Source of the DNA: an uncultured Kiritimatiellota bacterium
GTDB lineage: Bacteria; Verrucomicrobiota; Kiritimatiellia; RFP12; DVOR01
Assembly (NCBI GenBank): GCA_944389565.1
Contig: CALXMV010000003.1
Span: forward strand, 15,416 to 79,415
DNA length: 64,000 nt
Reading direction: 5' to 3'
A model generated the notes under the pieces. It had not been told where the DNA came from, made no database searches, and saw only the letters and a program-made list of their open reading frames with translations. This document shows, piece by piece, positions 15,156 through 25,293 of the stretch. The position numbers and the translations under genes were made by a program. Numbering within the stretch: position 1 is the first letter of the stretch; the number at the start of each line of letters is the position of its first letter.

Positions 15156-15182
15156 AAAAGCCCCGCGCCGCGGGGCTTTTTT
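15156..15182. terminator. Bidirectional intrinsic terminator
   Basis: aaaagccccgcg-c-cgcggggctttttt between convergent genes. Confidence 0.8.
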
Positions 15183-15781
15183 CATCTCCCCCGCACGCTC
15201 AGATACCGCCCGACCTCCTCCAGAAGCGCGATCTTGCTCACGAGATTCAGGTTGGCGTAAATATAAAACCAACGCCCATCCTCCTTGCAACGCTTCATGT
15301 TCAGCCTCACCGCGGAAGGCACCCGCCACTCGACATCCACGAAAAGTTGCCCGTAACTGGCGCACCCCATGATCGAATGCGCCCGACAAATGGCATAAAC
15401 CCTGCGCAACCCAACCTGCTTGACCAGCCAAACCATCTGCTCCACCTGATTCCACGACGGATTGGCCGTGAATCCGCCAAGCCGCAAAGGCAGAGGCGGC
15501 AAAGGAGGGGGAGGTGGTGGAGGATTGTCGCCCCCTTGATCGCTTGTCCCCTCATCGATTGGATCTTTCCCCTTGTTACCTTGAAGTTTGTCAAACTTCT
15601 CCGCGAACTCCCTGGCCTTCAGGGCGACCTCCACAAGCCACTGATGACACTGAGACAGTGTCTGCGCGCGCGATTCCTCCCCCCTCAATGTGGCACTCCC
15701 AATATCAAGCGCCAATTGCCCGAGCTCAGGCGTGATTTCATCTTTCAGCCGTTCCAGAAACGCTTCGATAGACATGGCCAC
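15182..15781 (-). CDS. Hypothetical protein (coiled N-terminus, Pro linker, possible SeqA-like C-terminal domain)
   Basis: 199-aa ORF with AGGAG RBS, lower GC than its neighbours. Confidence 0.6.
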   Translation of the reverse strand: MAMSIEAFLERLKDEITPELGQLALDIGSATLRGEESRAQTLSQCHQWLVEVALKAREFAEKFDKLQGNKGKDPIDEGTSDQGGDNPPPPPPPLPPLPLRLGGFTANPSWNQVEQMVWLVKQVGLRRVYAICRAHSIMGCASYGQLFVDVEWRVPSAVRLNMKRCKEDGRWFYIYANLNLVSKIALLEEVGRYLSVRGR

Positions 15782-15926
15782 TCACTCCTAACTTTGAGTC
15801 AAACCAACTTTTAATCAAGCGTATCAAACCAAAGAGAGACTGTAAAGCCCCCTCGGCAAAAGCCGTTGCGTGACAAGCCTCGCGAACAGCATCCCACAGG
15901 GTTCGCGAAGGCCACGGCGACACAAG

Positions 15927-15956
15927 AAAAGCCTCCGCGCGGAGGCGCGGAGGCTT
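15927..15956 (-). terminator. Terminator downstream of tRNA-His
   Basis: aagcctccgcgc-ggag-gcgcggaggctt stem; T-run on the minus strand. Confidence 0.75.
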
Positions 15957-15961
15957 GAAAT

Positions 15962-16038
15962 TGGGGCGAAAGACGGGGCACGATCCCGCGACAACCAGAT
16001 CCACAATCTGGGGCTCTACCAACTGAGCTACTTTCGCC
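15962..16038 (-). tRNA. tRNA-His (GTG) with G-1 and encoded CCA
   Basis: G-GCGAAAG-TA-GCTC..GAGC-C-CCAGA-TTGTGGA-TCTGG-TTGTC-GCGGG-ATCGTGC-CCCGT-CTTTCGC-C-CCA cloverleaf. Confidence 0.93.
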
Positions 16039-16050
16039 AAAACGCCGCAT

Positions 16051-16080
16051 AATATAGCACAACCTTCGCCGTTGCGTCAA
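16051..16080 (-). promoter_or_regulatory. tRNA promoter
   Basis: TTGACG-18 bp-TATATT on the minus strand just upstream of tRNA-His. Confidence 0.65.
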
Positions 16081-16219
16081 GAAGGAAAATCTCTTGAATC
16101 GTCCACAATGTAATTGCGCAGGTGCGAAAAGGAAAAACAGGAGGAAGGAAGGTGGGCAGGCAAAGGCCGAGACGAAGCAGGTGGAGGGTACGCCCCCTAG
16201 GGGGGCGCAACGCGGGCCT

Positions 16220-18083
16220 TCTTTCTTCTTCCTTTCCCTGACCCGTTATATTGTGCAACTTGGCATTGATGTTGTCTTTGACATTGCGCTTGATTTCCTC
16301 AAGGTCTTTTTGTACAGTGTCGGTGTCGGCCCCGGGTTCGCCTCGGGCGTTGCGGATCAGGGGTGAGCCTTCACCGGCAACAGACATCTGTCCCCCCGGG
16401 GCGACTTCCCACATCGTCGTCGTGACGGTGCCCAGCATTCCCTCGTCCCAGTAGTCGGAGTCGAAGACGGTGAAGCCGGCGTGTTCGGAGCCGTGGTAGA
16501 CGACGAGTGGCTCGCCGTTCGCGTCCAGCACCTTGCTGGCGTTGGCCGGGGCGTTCTCCCAGTCGCCGAACCACGCCTTGAAGGCGGGGGGTCGCACGAG
16601 GAGCCAAAGGCGGCGGGTGAGGCGCGTGGGCTTGCCGTTGGACGCGCCTTCATCCACGCGTCCGTCCCTTGGTACTTGCGCCGCACCTCATCCATCTCCC
16701 GCTTCGCGCGCTCGCGTTCCGCAGGATCGGCGCCCACGCTCATCGTCGCCGAAGATTGGGGCTTGTTTTTCTTCAGCCAGTTTGCTACCTTTTCATCAAC
16801 GAACGGGGCATTTTCATCGCCACTAGGTTCTTTCCCTAGCACGGTTATGACATCCCCGTTCGTGTCGTATACGGACACCTGGCTGAAGATTCCCGAGTGA
16901 ATTTCATTACGAGATGTATCTCCGTTTCCAGGCTGTTCCGTCACTGTCAGGCGAACATAGTACTCCTTCCCATCGCGAATCACCTTGTTGATGTAATGGT
17001 GATAAGAAATATATTCACGGTGTTTCTTATGATTGGGAATATCCTCTTCCTTTTCTGAAAACAAGTGTTTCCCCGTTCGATACAACACGCCAAGCAACGG
17101 AAGGACGAACTCCGCTCGCTCGCCCGTGCGCGTCAGGAACTTCCCCGCGCTCGCCGCCGGGAACCGCGCCACGCGCCCGTCGTCTGCGTTCCGGACATCC
17201 CCGAACGCGCGGAACGCCGCCTTCAGTGTTGCCTTGTCCGTGATGGGTTCCACGCCATCCGCGCTCATCGTCGGCATCCGCATGAGCTCATCGTACGCCA
17301 CGCTCATCATGGCGCTCGTGCCGCCCTCGCGTGCACGCTCCTCAAGATCGCGGGACAGCGCGTCGTCCGCATCCTCCTCGAACCGCTTCCGCTGTTTCGC
17401 CGCACGCTCAACGGCTTTCTTCGTCATGCGCTGCCCCTGCGTCACGGTCACGGAGCCGTCTTTGGAAACGGCGACGATGTCGTATCCCGAGGAGATGAGC
17501 GACAGAATGGCCGCACGGCCGGCATCCGAGGGAACGATGGCGAACGGCTCGTTGTTTTGCATGTAGCGCATACCTACGCCGGCCGCCTGCGCCAGCAACG
17601 ACGCGCTATCGCCTGTCGCGGCCATCATCACCCCTGTGTCCGAGATCACGACAGCATCCGCAGGAAGCCCTTTGACGCGCTTGAGCGCCCTCGAGGCGCC
17701 ACGTGCGAACGGAATCACCCCCGTGTCCGAAATCGCGACCTTCCCAAAGTCCCCGACTTTCTCAAGCGGCTTACGGTACATTCGCGCATCGGGCGACAGC
17801 TCGGCCAGCGCAAGCGGGCTCGGCGCCTTGCTCCCGTCTGTCAGTGGGACGTCTGCAGGCTCGCCGACCGACACCTCTGGAGTATTGTCGGCGTCATCCT
17901 GTGCTTCCTCCGCAAGCTCCGCCTCGGCCTGACGCGCGAAAGCGTCGGCCGCCTCCTCGTCCGTCATCTCCTGCGGCTCATGCGGCTCCAGCTCTTGTTG
18001 CGTTTGAGCTTGTTCTTCCTGACGCGCTTGCTCCGCCGGCTCGGGAACGGGCTCTCGCGGCTCGCGTGCCTGCGCTTCTTCTT
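16220..18083 (-). pseudogene. Internal fragment of a phage/plasmid large polyvalent protein (LPD3-like domain plus start of an ART-like domain), frameshifted near 16642
   Basis: VRNADDGRVARF...YHHYINKV...YYVRLTVTE; KYQGTDAWMKA/NGKPTRL...WLLVRPPAFKAWFGDWE...SKVLDANGEPLVVYHGS split over two frames; no genuine start. Confidence 0.7.
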
Positions 18084-18428
18084 TGCGCCGGGGTGAACGT
18101 GGCCACGGGGGTGGGTTTCGCATGGGGCTTCGCGTGTTTTCTGCAGACGAACGTGGCCTTCGTGGCGGGCTACGCGCTCAGCCACGCGCTCTCCTATCTG
18201 CTCAACGCCGCGCTCACCTTCCGCGCCCGCCTGACGCCCGCTGGCTACGGCCGCTACGTCATCGCCTACATCCCCAACTTCCTCATCCAGAACGTGTTGG
18301 TCGCGGCGCTGCACAACGCCTAGGGCGTGCCGCCCTTCTGGGCCTTCCTGGCCTCCGCGCTCCTGGCCATCCCCATCACCTTCCTGGCGTTGGTCTTCTA
18401 TGCCTTCGTCAGGCTGTCACGTGGGTGA
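18084..18428 (+). pseudogene. GtrA-family membrane protein, N-terminally truncated, with in-frame TAG at 18321-18323
   Basis: CAGVNVATG...NVAFVAGYALSHALSYLLNAALTF...YIPNFLIQN...LHNA*GVPPFWAFLASALLAIPITFL. Confidence 0.7.
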
Positions 18429-18462
18429 CGCCCACCCCGCAGAGGGCGGTTCGCCCGAGGCG

Positions 18463-18550
18463 ACCCCTTAGGGGGCTGACCCGAAAGTCGGGAGGGTCCG
18501 GGGCAAAACCCTTAAGGGTCCGGGGTGGGAATCGGGAGGGTTTGGGGTGT
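18463..18550 (+). repeat. 22-bp-period G-rich repeat cluster, copy 2
   Basis: accccttagggggctgacccga / aagtcgggagggtccggggcaa / aacccttaagggtccggggtgg / gaatcgggagggtttggggtgt. Confidence 0.8.
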
Positions 18551-18659
18551 GCGCACGGCGGGACGCGGGGCGGGAGGGGGCCCTGCAACGCGCGAGGCAG
18601 GGTCGGCGTTTTTTGGTATACTGGGCGCACGAAACCTTGTTGGGAAAAGGAACCGAGAC

Positions 18660-21600
18660 ATGAAGCATGCGTTGTTTGCCGTGATGGCGGCGATGGCGGC
18701 GGCGGCCTCCGCGGTCACGCCGGGGAAGGTGCTCAAGATGGTGCCGCAGAGCGGCACGTCGAAGAGTTTCGACATGGTGACCGAGAACGGGATCACCGTG
18801 CGGGTGCGCTTCTATTCGCCGCAGGTCTTCCGGATCCTCGCCGCGCCGCAGAAGTCGGAGCCCGTGCTGGACCGGAAGGGTAACCCGGTGAAGGACGAGA
18901 AGGGGGAGGTCAAGACCTATATCTCGGCCGATTACGCCGACCCGAAGAACGACCCGGAGAAGGCGCAGATCCTGGTGGGCGTGCCGGAGGACAACTCGCG
19001 CGTCGTCTTCGCGGACGACCGGGAGGGGGGGCGCTACACCTTCTCCACCACCCTGCTGACGCTGGCGGTGGACAAGGCCGACTGCCGCTTCACGCTGACG
19101 GACCGCCTCACCGGCAAGGTCATCTGGCGCGAGGCCAAGCCGCTTGACCTGGACCCCGAGAAGGGCACCACGCAGACCCTCGCCACGAACGCGGACGAAT
19201 GCTTCTACGGCGGCGGCCAGCAGAACGGCTTTTTCGCCCACAAGGGCCGCAAGATCGACATCCGCGCCGACGGCAATTGGAACGAGGGCGGCCACCCGAA
19301 CCCCGCGCCGTTCTATCAGACGAACACCGGCTACGGCGTGCTCCGCCACACCTTCGCCACGGGCGTCTACGACTTCTCGGGCGCCGACGAGATCCGCACC
19401 ACGCACGCGGAGAACCGGTTCGACGCCTTCTATTTCGTGGGGGGCGACTTCGCCGGCAACCTGAACCTCTACACGAAGTTCACCGGGCGGCCGAACCTCA
19501 TCCCGCGCTGGGGACTCCAACTCGGCGACGCCGACGCCTACATCACGCGCGACAAGGAGACGCGCGAGCCCGCCCAGAACGACGACGGCTCCTACAAGGA
19601 GGTCACGCCCGTCGACGCCGTGCGCGTGGCGAAGGCCTACCGCGAGCACGACATGCCCGGCGGCTGGCTGCTCGTGAACGACGGTTACGGGTGCGACCAC
19701 ATGCAGCTGGGCTACGTGGCCGACATGCTCGCCGACCTCGGCTTCCACACGGGGCTCTGGACGGAGGGCGCGCTCAACCGCATCCGCTGGGAGGTCGGCC
19801 ACGCGGGCAGCCGCGTGCAGAAGATCGACGTGGCCTGGTCGGGCCCCGCCTACCAGCACGCCCTGGAGTGCAACAAGGTCGCCGCCGAAGGCATCGAGCA
19901 CAACGCCGACGCGCGCGCCTTCGTCTGGACCGTCCAGGGCTGGGCCGGCACGCAGCGTTACGGCATCTGCTGGACGGGCGACCAGTCGGGCTCGTGGGAT
20001 CTCATCCGCTATCACATCCCCACCCTCACCGGCTCCTCGATGAGCGGCCAGGCCTATGCCACCACCGACGTCGACGGCATCTTCGGCGGCAGTAACGAGA
20101 CCTACACCCGCGATCTCCAGTGGAAGTGCTGGACCACCGCCATCTATGCCATGAACGGCTGGGCCTCCCTGAACAAGAGCCCGTGGAGCTATCCCGAGCC
20201 CTACCGCTCGCTCAACCGCGCCGCGCTCCTGCACAAGAACCGCATCGTCCCCTTCGTCTATTCCTACATGCGCCACGCCTGGGACACCGGCGCGCCGATC
20301 GTCCGCCCGCTCGTCTACAACTTCCCCGACGACCGCACGACCTGGGGCGACGCCGCGAAATACCAGTTCATGCTCGGCGAGGAGGTGCTCGTCGCCCCCG
20401 TCTACACCTCCATGAAGCTCAACCGCGGCTGGCGCAAGAACATCTACCTGCCCGAAGGCACGTGGTATGACTACAACGACGGCCGCCGCGTCACCGGCCC
20501 CGCCACGATCGCGGCCTACCCCATCACCTTGGAGACCCTGCCCGTCTTCGTCCGCGCCGGCTCCATCATCCCGATGTACCCCGAGATGCTCGTCCTCGGC
20601 GACAAACCCTTCGACCCCGTGACCTTCGACGTCTACCCCGATTTCTTCGAGGGCAAGCCCGCCACCTTCCGCCTCTACGAGGACGACGGCGAGACCCAGG
20701 CCTTCCGGAAGTTCGACGCCTACACCACCCAGGACGTCGCCGTCCAGGTGCGCGACAACGCCGACCACGGCCTCATCCAGGTCGAGCTCGGCGCCATCCA
20801 GGGCAACGGCTACGAGGGCATGCCCGAGGCCCGCGCCTACGAGTTCCTCATCCACTGCCCCGTCAGGCCCAAATCCGTCGCCTTCCTCAACGACGACCTC
20901 ACCGTCGGCCAGGAGATCCTCGCCCTCGACGGCGAGCACGCCGCCACGGCCTACGCGAACGCCCGCCAAGCCTGGATCTACGACCCCGCCGAGAAGAACG
21001 GCCTCCTGCGCGTGAAGCTCGCCCGCACCCCCGCCTCCGAGGCCCGCGCCTTCGTCGTCTACACCGAGCCCTTCGCCTCCATCCAGGTGACCGTCTCCTA
21101 CCCCGTGCCCGAGGTCACCGACCAGCTCGACAAGTCCCAGTTCACCCTCACGGTCAACTCCCAGGCCGGAGACGCCCACATCCGCAACGCCTTCGACGGC
21201 ACCGACGAGACCATGTGGCACTCCTACTGGCGCGACGACAAGAGGCAACCCACCGACTTCCCCTACGTCATCGACATCGACATGCACGGCCTCTACGCCG
21301 TCAACACCGTCACCTACCTCCCCCGCGCCAACCTCGGCAACGGCGTCATCAAGGGCTACAAGGTCGAGCTCGCCCGCTTCCCCGGCAAGTACCGGACCGT
21401 CGCAGAGGGTGAGTTCGCCAAGTTCGACAAGGTCGAGACCCGCGCCATCACCTTCCCCGCCACCTGGGCCCGCCACGTCCGCATCACCTTCACCTCCGCC
21501 CAGAACGGCAAGCACTTCGGCTCCGCCGCCGAGATCGACATCCTCCAGGACCTCAAGGCCAAGCCCCTCCCCGACGAGACCAAGCCCATCGGCACCGCCA

Positions 21601-21950
21601 CCCTCTCCGTCGACGGCACCGACTACCCCGCCTGCCGCCAGGACACCGTCGGCGCCGACTGGACGATCGACCTCGACGGCACCTGGGAGCGCCTCAAAGG
21701 CCACGCCGGGATGCTCACCGGGAACGCCAACGCCGGCAACGTCACCTTCCGCGTCACCGCCGACGGCAAGCAGATCTTCTCCCGCGACGGCATGAAGCCC
21801 GGCGACGTCAAGCAACTCATCGACGTCGAGATCCCCGCCGGCGCCAAGCAGCTCCGCTTCACCCTCACCGGCGAAAGCGGCTCCGCCCCCACCGACACCG
21901 GCGTCTGGACCGACCTCCGGCTCTTCCGCGCCGGCTCCGCGCAGGAGTGA
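18660..21950 (+). CDS. GH31 glycoside hydrolase, probable alpha-N-acetylgalactosaminidase (Nag31-like), with CBM32-like and NPCBM-like domains
   Basis: Signal peptide; [47 protein letters not shown]; AFDG...TMWHS discoidin; TGGTATACT promoter at ~18614. Confidence 0.85.
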   Translation: MKHALFAVMAAMAAAASAVTPGKVLKMVPQSGTSKSFDMVTENGITVRVRFYSPQVFRILAAPQKSEPVLDRKGNPVKDEKGEVKTYISADYADPKNDPEKAQILVGVPEDNSRVVFADDREGGRYTFSTTLLTLAVDKADCRFTLTDRLTGKVIWREAKPLDLDPEKGTTQTLATNADECFYGGGQQNGFFAHKGRKIDIRADGNWNEGGHPNPAPFYQTNTGYGVLRHTFATGVYDFSGADEIRTTHAENRFDAFYFVGGDFAGNLNLYTKFTGRPNLIPRWGLQLGDADAYITRDKETREPAQNDDGSYKEVTPVDAVRVAKAYREHDMPGGWLLVNDGYGCDHMQLGYVADMLADLGFHTGLWTEGALNRIRWEVGHAGSRVQKIDVAWSGPAYQHALECNKVAAEGIEHNADARAFVWTVQGWAGTQRYGICWTGDQSGSWDLIRYHIPTLTGSSMSGQAYATTDVDGIFGGSNETYTRDLQWKCWTTAIYAMNGWASLNKSPWSYPEPYRSLNRAALLHKNRIVPFVYSYMRHAWDTGAPIVRPLVYNFPDDRTTWGDAAKYQFMLGEEVLVAPVYTSMKLNRGWRKNIYLPEGTWYDYNDGRRVTGPATIAAYPITLETLPVFVRAGSIIPMYPEMLVLGDKPFDPVTFDVYPDFFEGKPATFRLYEDDGETQAFRKFDAYTTQDVAVQVRDNADHGLIQVELGAIQGNGYEGMPEARAYEFLIHCPVRPKSVAFLNDDLTVGQEILALDGEHAATAYANARQAWIYDPAEKNGLLRVKLARTPASEARAFVVYTEPFASIQVTVSYPVPEVTDQLDKSQFTLTVNSQAGDAHIRNAFDGTDETMWHSYWRDDKRQPTDFPYVIDIDMHGLYAVNTVTYLPRANLGNGVIKGYKVELARFPGKYRTVAEGEFAKFDKVETRAITFPATWARHVRITFTSAQNGKHFGSAAEIDILQDLKAKPLPDETKPIGTATLSVDGTDYPACRQDTVGADWTIDLDGTWERLKGHAGMLTGNANAGNVTFRVTADGKQIFSRDGMKPGDVKQLIDVEIPAGAKQLRFTLTGESGSAPTDTGVWTDLRLFRAGSAQE

Positions 21951-21976
21951 GGCCAGCGGCGACCGACAAAACAAAA

Positions 21977-22007
21977 AAAGCCCCCGGCGACCGCCGGGGG
22001 CTTTCTT
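21977..22007 (+). terminator. Intrinsic terminator
   Basis: aaagcccccggcg-ac-cgccgggggctttctt. Confidence 0.8.
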
Positions 22008-22038
22008 GTTTGTTATACTGTGGGGGAAAGGGCTGATT

Positions 22039-22731
22039 ATGCGCCAGGTAGAGATTATCCGCAAGTTCACGAAGCACGCGCCGGGCTCGGTGCTGATGAA
22101 GCAGGGCGACACGTGGGTGCTGTGCACCGCGAGCGTCGAGGAGAAGGTGCCGCCGTTCCTCAAAGGGACGGGCCGGGGATGGGTGACGGCGGAGTACGCG
22201 ATGCTCCCCTCCTCCACGCTGACACGCAAGGACCGCGACATCAAGAAGCTCAGGCAGGACGGGCGGGGCGTGGAGATCGGGCGACTGATCGGGCGGGCAC
22301 TCCGCGCCAGCATCGACCTGGGGCGCCTCGGGGAGCGGACGATCACCATCGATTGCGACGTCTTGCAGGCGGACGGCGGCACGCGCTGCGCCTCGATCAC
22401 CGGCGGGATGGTGGCGCTGGAGGACGCGATCGCGGCCTTGCTCGCCGAGGGACGCCTGGAGGCCTCACCCATCGTGCGGCGGGTGGCGGCGATCAGCGTG
22501 GGCATCTGCGGGGGCGTGCCGACGCTCGACCTCGATTACGCGCACGACTCGACGGCGGACGTGGACCTGAACGTGGTGATGACCAGCGACGGCCGTTTCG
22601 TGGAACTCCAGGGGACGGCCGAGCACGAACCCTTCGACGACACCCAGCTCGACACCCTCCGGGCCTTGGCCAAAGAGGGTTGCGCGGCGCTCTTCCGCGC
22701 GCAGGAGACGGCATTGAGGGGGCAGGCATGA
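22039..22731 (+). CDS. rph: Ribonuclease PH
   Basis: [54 protein letters not shown]. Confidence 0.95.
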   Translation: MRQVEIIRKFTKHAPGSVLMKQGDTWVLCTASVEEKVPPFLKGTGRGWVTAEYAMLPSSTLTRKDRDIKKLRQDGRGVEIGRLIGRALRASIDLGRLGERTITIDCDVLQADGGTRCASITGGMVALEDAIAALLAEGRLEASPIVRRVAAISVGICGGVPTLDLDYAHDSTADVDLNVVMTSDGRFVELQGTAEHEPFDDTQLDTLRALAKEGCAALFRAQETALRGQA

Positions 22732-23906
22732 AAACCGTGCGGCTGAAGGCGCGGCGCGAGCGTTCCGTGCTCCTGCGCCACCCCTGGATCTTCTCGGGCG
22801 CGGTCGAGGCGGTGGAGGGCGACCCCGCGCCGGGCGAGACCGTGCGGGTGGCGGATGCCGGGAACGCCACGCTCGGCCAGGGAGCCTGGTCTCCGGCCTC
22901 GCAGATCCGCGTGCGGCTGTGGGCCTTCGGCGAGACGCGGGCGGACGAGGCGTTCCTCCGCGAGGCGGTGTGGCGGGCGCTGGCCGTGCGGCAGGGGATG
23001 GCCGAGCGTTTCGACACCGACGCGTTGCGCCTGATCAACGCCGAGGCCGACGGTCTGCCCGGCGTGACGGTGGATCGCTACGGCGACACGTTGGTGGGGC
23101 AATTCGCCACCGCCGGCGCGGAACGCAACAAGGCATCGCTCGTCGACGCGCTGATGGCGCTCACGGGGGCACGCTCCTTCTATGAGCGGAGCGACGTGGA
23201 CGGCCGCGCGCGCGAGGGCCTCGAGCCCGCCGTCGGGACGCTAGCCGGCGCGGAGCCCCCCGAGCGGATCGTCATCCATGAGGGCCCCGTGCGCTATGAG
23301 GTGGACGTTCGCGGCGGGCACAAGACCGGCTTTTACCTGGATCAGCGCGACAACCGGCGCATCGTGGCCGAATGCGCCAAGGGACGCACCGTGCTCAACA
23401 CCTTTTGCTACACGGGCGGCTTCGGCGTGGCGGCGCAGGCCGCCGGCGCGGCCGCGGTGACGCACGTGGACCTCTCCGCGCCGGCGCTCGCGCAGGCCCG
23501 GCGCAACATCGCGCTCAACGGGCTGCCTGAGGCCGAGCTCATCCAGGAAAACGTCTTCCAGGCGTTGCGCGGCTTCCGCGACAGAGGGCGTTCCTTCGGG
23601 CTCGTGGTGCTCGACCCGCCGAAGTTCGCCGAAACCAAGGCGCAGACCGAGAAAGCGTTGCGCGGGTACAAGGACATCAACCTGCTGGGGCTCAAATTGG
23701 TGGAGCCGGGCGGCTTGCTCGCCACCTTCTCCTGCTCCGGCGCGATCGACCCGGCGACCTTCCGCATGATGCTCGCCGGCGCGGCGCGCGACGCCAAGCG
23801 GCGCGTGCGCATCCTCCGTGCGCTCCGGCAGGCGCCCGACCACGTCGAGTCCCTCGATTTCCCCGAAGGGTTCTACCTCAAGGGGTTCCTTTGCCATGTG
23901 GAGTGA
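22728..23906 (+). CDS. rlmI: RlmI-like SAM-dependent 23S rRNA m5C1962 methyltransferase
   Basis: [11 protein letters not shown] domain, [52 protein letters not shown]. Confidence 0.88.
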   Translation: MKTVRLKARRERSVLLRHPWIFSGAVEAVEGDPAPGETVRVADAGNATLGQGAWSPASQIRVRLWAFGETRADEAFLREAVWRALAVRQGMAERFDTDALRLINAEADGLPGVTVDRYGDTLVGQFATAGAERNKASLVDALMALTGARSFYERSDVDGRAREGLEPAVGTLAGAEPPERIVIHEGPVRYEVDVRGGHKTGFYLDQRDNRRIVAECAKGRTVLNTFCYTGGFGVAAQAAGAAAVTHVDLSAPALAQARRNIALNGLPEAELIQENVFQALRGFRDRGRSFGLVVLDPPKFAETKAQTEKALRGYKDINLLGLKLVEPGGLLATFSCSGAIDPATFRMMLAGAARDAKRRVRILRALRQAPDHVESLDFPEGFYLKGFLCHVE

Positions 23907-23913
23907 GCGCGTC

Positions 23914-25293
23914 ATGAGACTGAAAGCCTTCAAGACCTACGACATCCGCGGTGTCTATGGGCAGGACATCACCGAGGCGCTGGCCTACAAAATCGGCCGA
24001 TGCCTGCCGACCGTCCTCGACGCCGGCATCTTCGGCGTCGGGCGCGACGCGCGGCTCTCCTCGCGCGCGTTGGCCGAGGCCCTCACGCGCGGCCTGCTCG
24101 AAGCCGGCGCCTCGGTCGGGCACCTGGGGCTCTGCACGACCCCGATGACCTATTTCTTCAACGCCATCAACCATGACCCCACGAAGCCACGCATCGCCAC
24201 GGTGATGGTGACCGCCTCGCACAACCCGCCGGAGTACAACGGTTTCAAGGTCTCGAAGCCGGGCGCGCTCCCCTGCGGCTACGACCAAGGGCTGCGCGAG
24301 GTCGAGCGCATGATCCTGGCGGACGCGATTCCCCCCGCCGCCCCCCACGGCGGCGACGAGCATCACGCGTGGGACAAGAAGCGCTACGTGGACTGGATGC
24401 GCCAGCGCAAGCCCGACCTCTCCGGCCTCCGCTTCGCGATCGATTGCTCCGACGGCGCCACCGGTATCCTGGCCGCCGATCTCTTCGGCGAGGCCGAGGC
24501 GGTGCTCAACGCCACCCCGAACGGCGCCTTCCCGCATCATGGCCCCGACCCGCTCCAAGCCGAAAACCGCGCGCGGCTCGCCCAAGCCGTCCGCGACGGC
24601 GGGCTCGACCTCGGGGTGATGTTCGACGGCGACGGCGACCGCGTGGTCTTCGTGGACGCCTCCGGGGCCTTCGTCCCGCCGGACGCGCTCCTTCCCCTGT
24701 TGGCCGAGGACCTGCGCGCCCTCTCGCCCGAGGCAGAGCCCGTGGTGGTGCACGACGTGCGCACCTCGCGCGGCACGATCGAGGCCCTGCGCGAGCGCGG
24801 CTTCAAGCCGCGCATGGTCAAGGTCGGCGCCGCCTTCGCCAAGACCGCCCTCCGCGAGGCCGGCGGGCTCTGCGGCGGCGAGGTCGCCGGCCACTACTAT
24901 TTCCGCGCCTTCCATTGGAACGACAGCGGCATCCTGGCCGCCCTCCGCGTGTTGGGCATCGCCGCGCGCGCCAAACGCGCGGGGAGGACGTTGGCCGATT
25001 TGCTGAAGCCCATCACGGGGCGTTACGTCTCCTCCGGCGAGATCAACCTGCCGGGCGTGGAGGACCGCCCCGCGGCCGTCGCCCGCGTGGAGGCGGCCGT
25101 CCGCGCGCTCATGGGCCCGCCGGAGCAGGCCATCGACTACGACGGCGTGCGGCTCGACTGGGCGGACGCCTGGCTCGGCGCGCGCCCCTCGAACACCGAG
25201 CCCGTGCTGCGCCTCGCCGCCGAGGCGCGCGACGCGGCCACGCTCGAACGTCTCCTCGCCGTGGCCAAGGAGGCCGCCCGCGCCCACGCATGA
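23914..25293 (+). CDS. Phosphomannomutase/phosphoglucomutase
   Basis: FKTYDIRG, TASHNPPEYNG, FDGDGDR, GGEVAGHYYF, RPSNTEP. Confidence 0.92.
   Translation: MRLKAFKTYDIRGVYGQDITEALAYKIGRCLPTVLDAGIFGVGRDARLSSRALAEALTRGLLEAGASVGHLGLCTTPMTYFFNAINHDPTKPRIATVMVTASHNPPEYNGFKVSKPGALPCGYDQGLREVERMILADAIPPAAPHGGDEHHAWDKKRYVDWMRQRKPDLSGLRFAIDCSDGATGILAADLFGEAEAVLNATPNGAFPHHGPDPLQAENRARLAQAVRDGGLDLGVMFDGDGDRVVFVDASGAFVPPDALLPLLAEDLRALSPEAEPVVVHDVRTSRGTIEALRERGFKPRMVKVGAAFAKTALREAGGLCGGEVAGHYYFRAFHWNDSGILAALRVLGIAARAKRAGRTLADLLKPITGRYVSSGEINLPGVEDRPAAVARVEAAVRALMGPPEQAIDYDGVRLDWADAWLGARPSNTEPVLRLAAEARDAATLERLLAVAKEAARAHA

Noticed and set aside
15738-16080. ORFs 15738..16040 and 15811..16080
   Set aside because: They overlap tRNA-His and its terminator.
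15182-18428. Intact prophage or integrative element at tRNA-His
   Set aside because: No integrase, structural genes or duplicated tRNA 3' end (att site) seen in the window.
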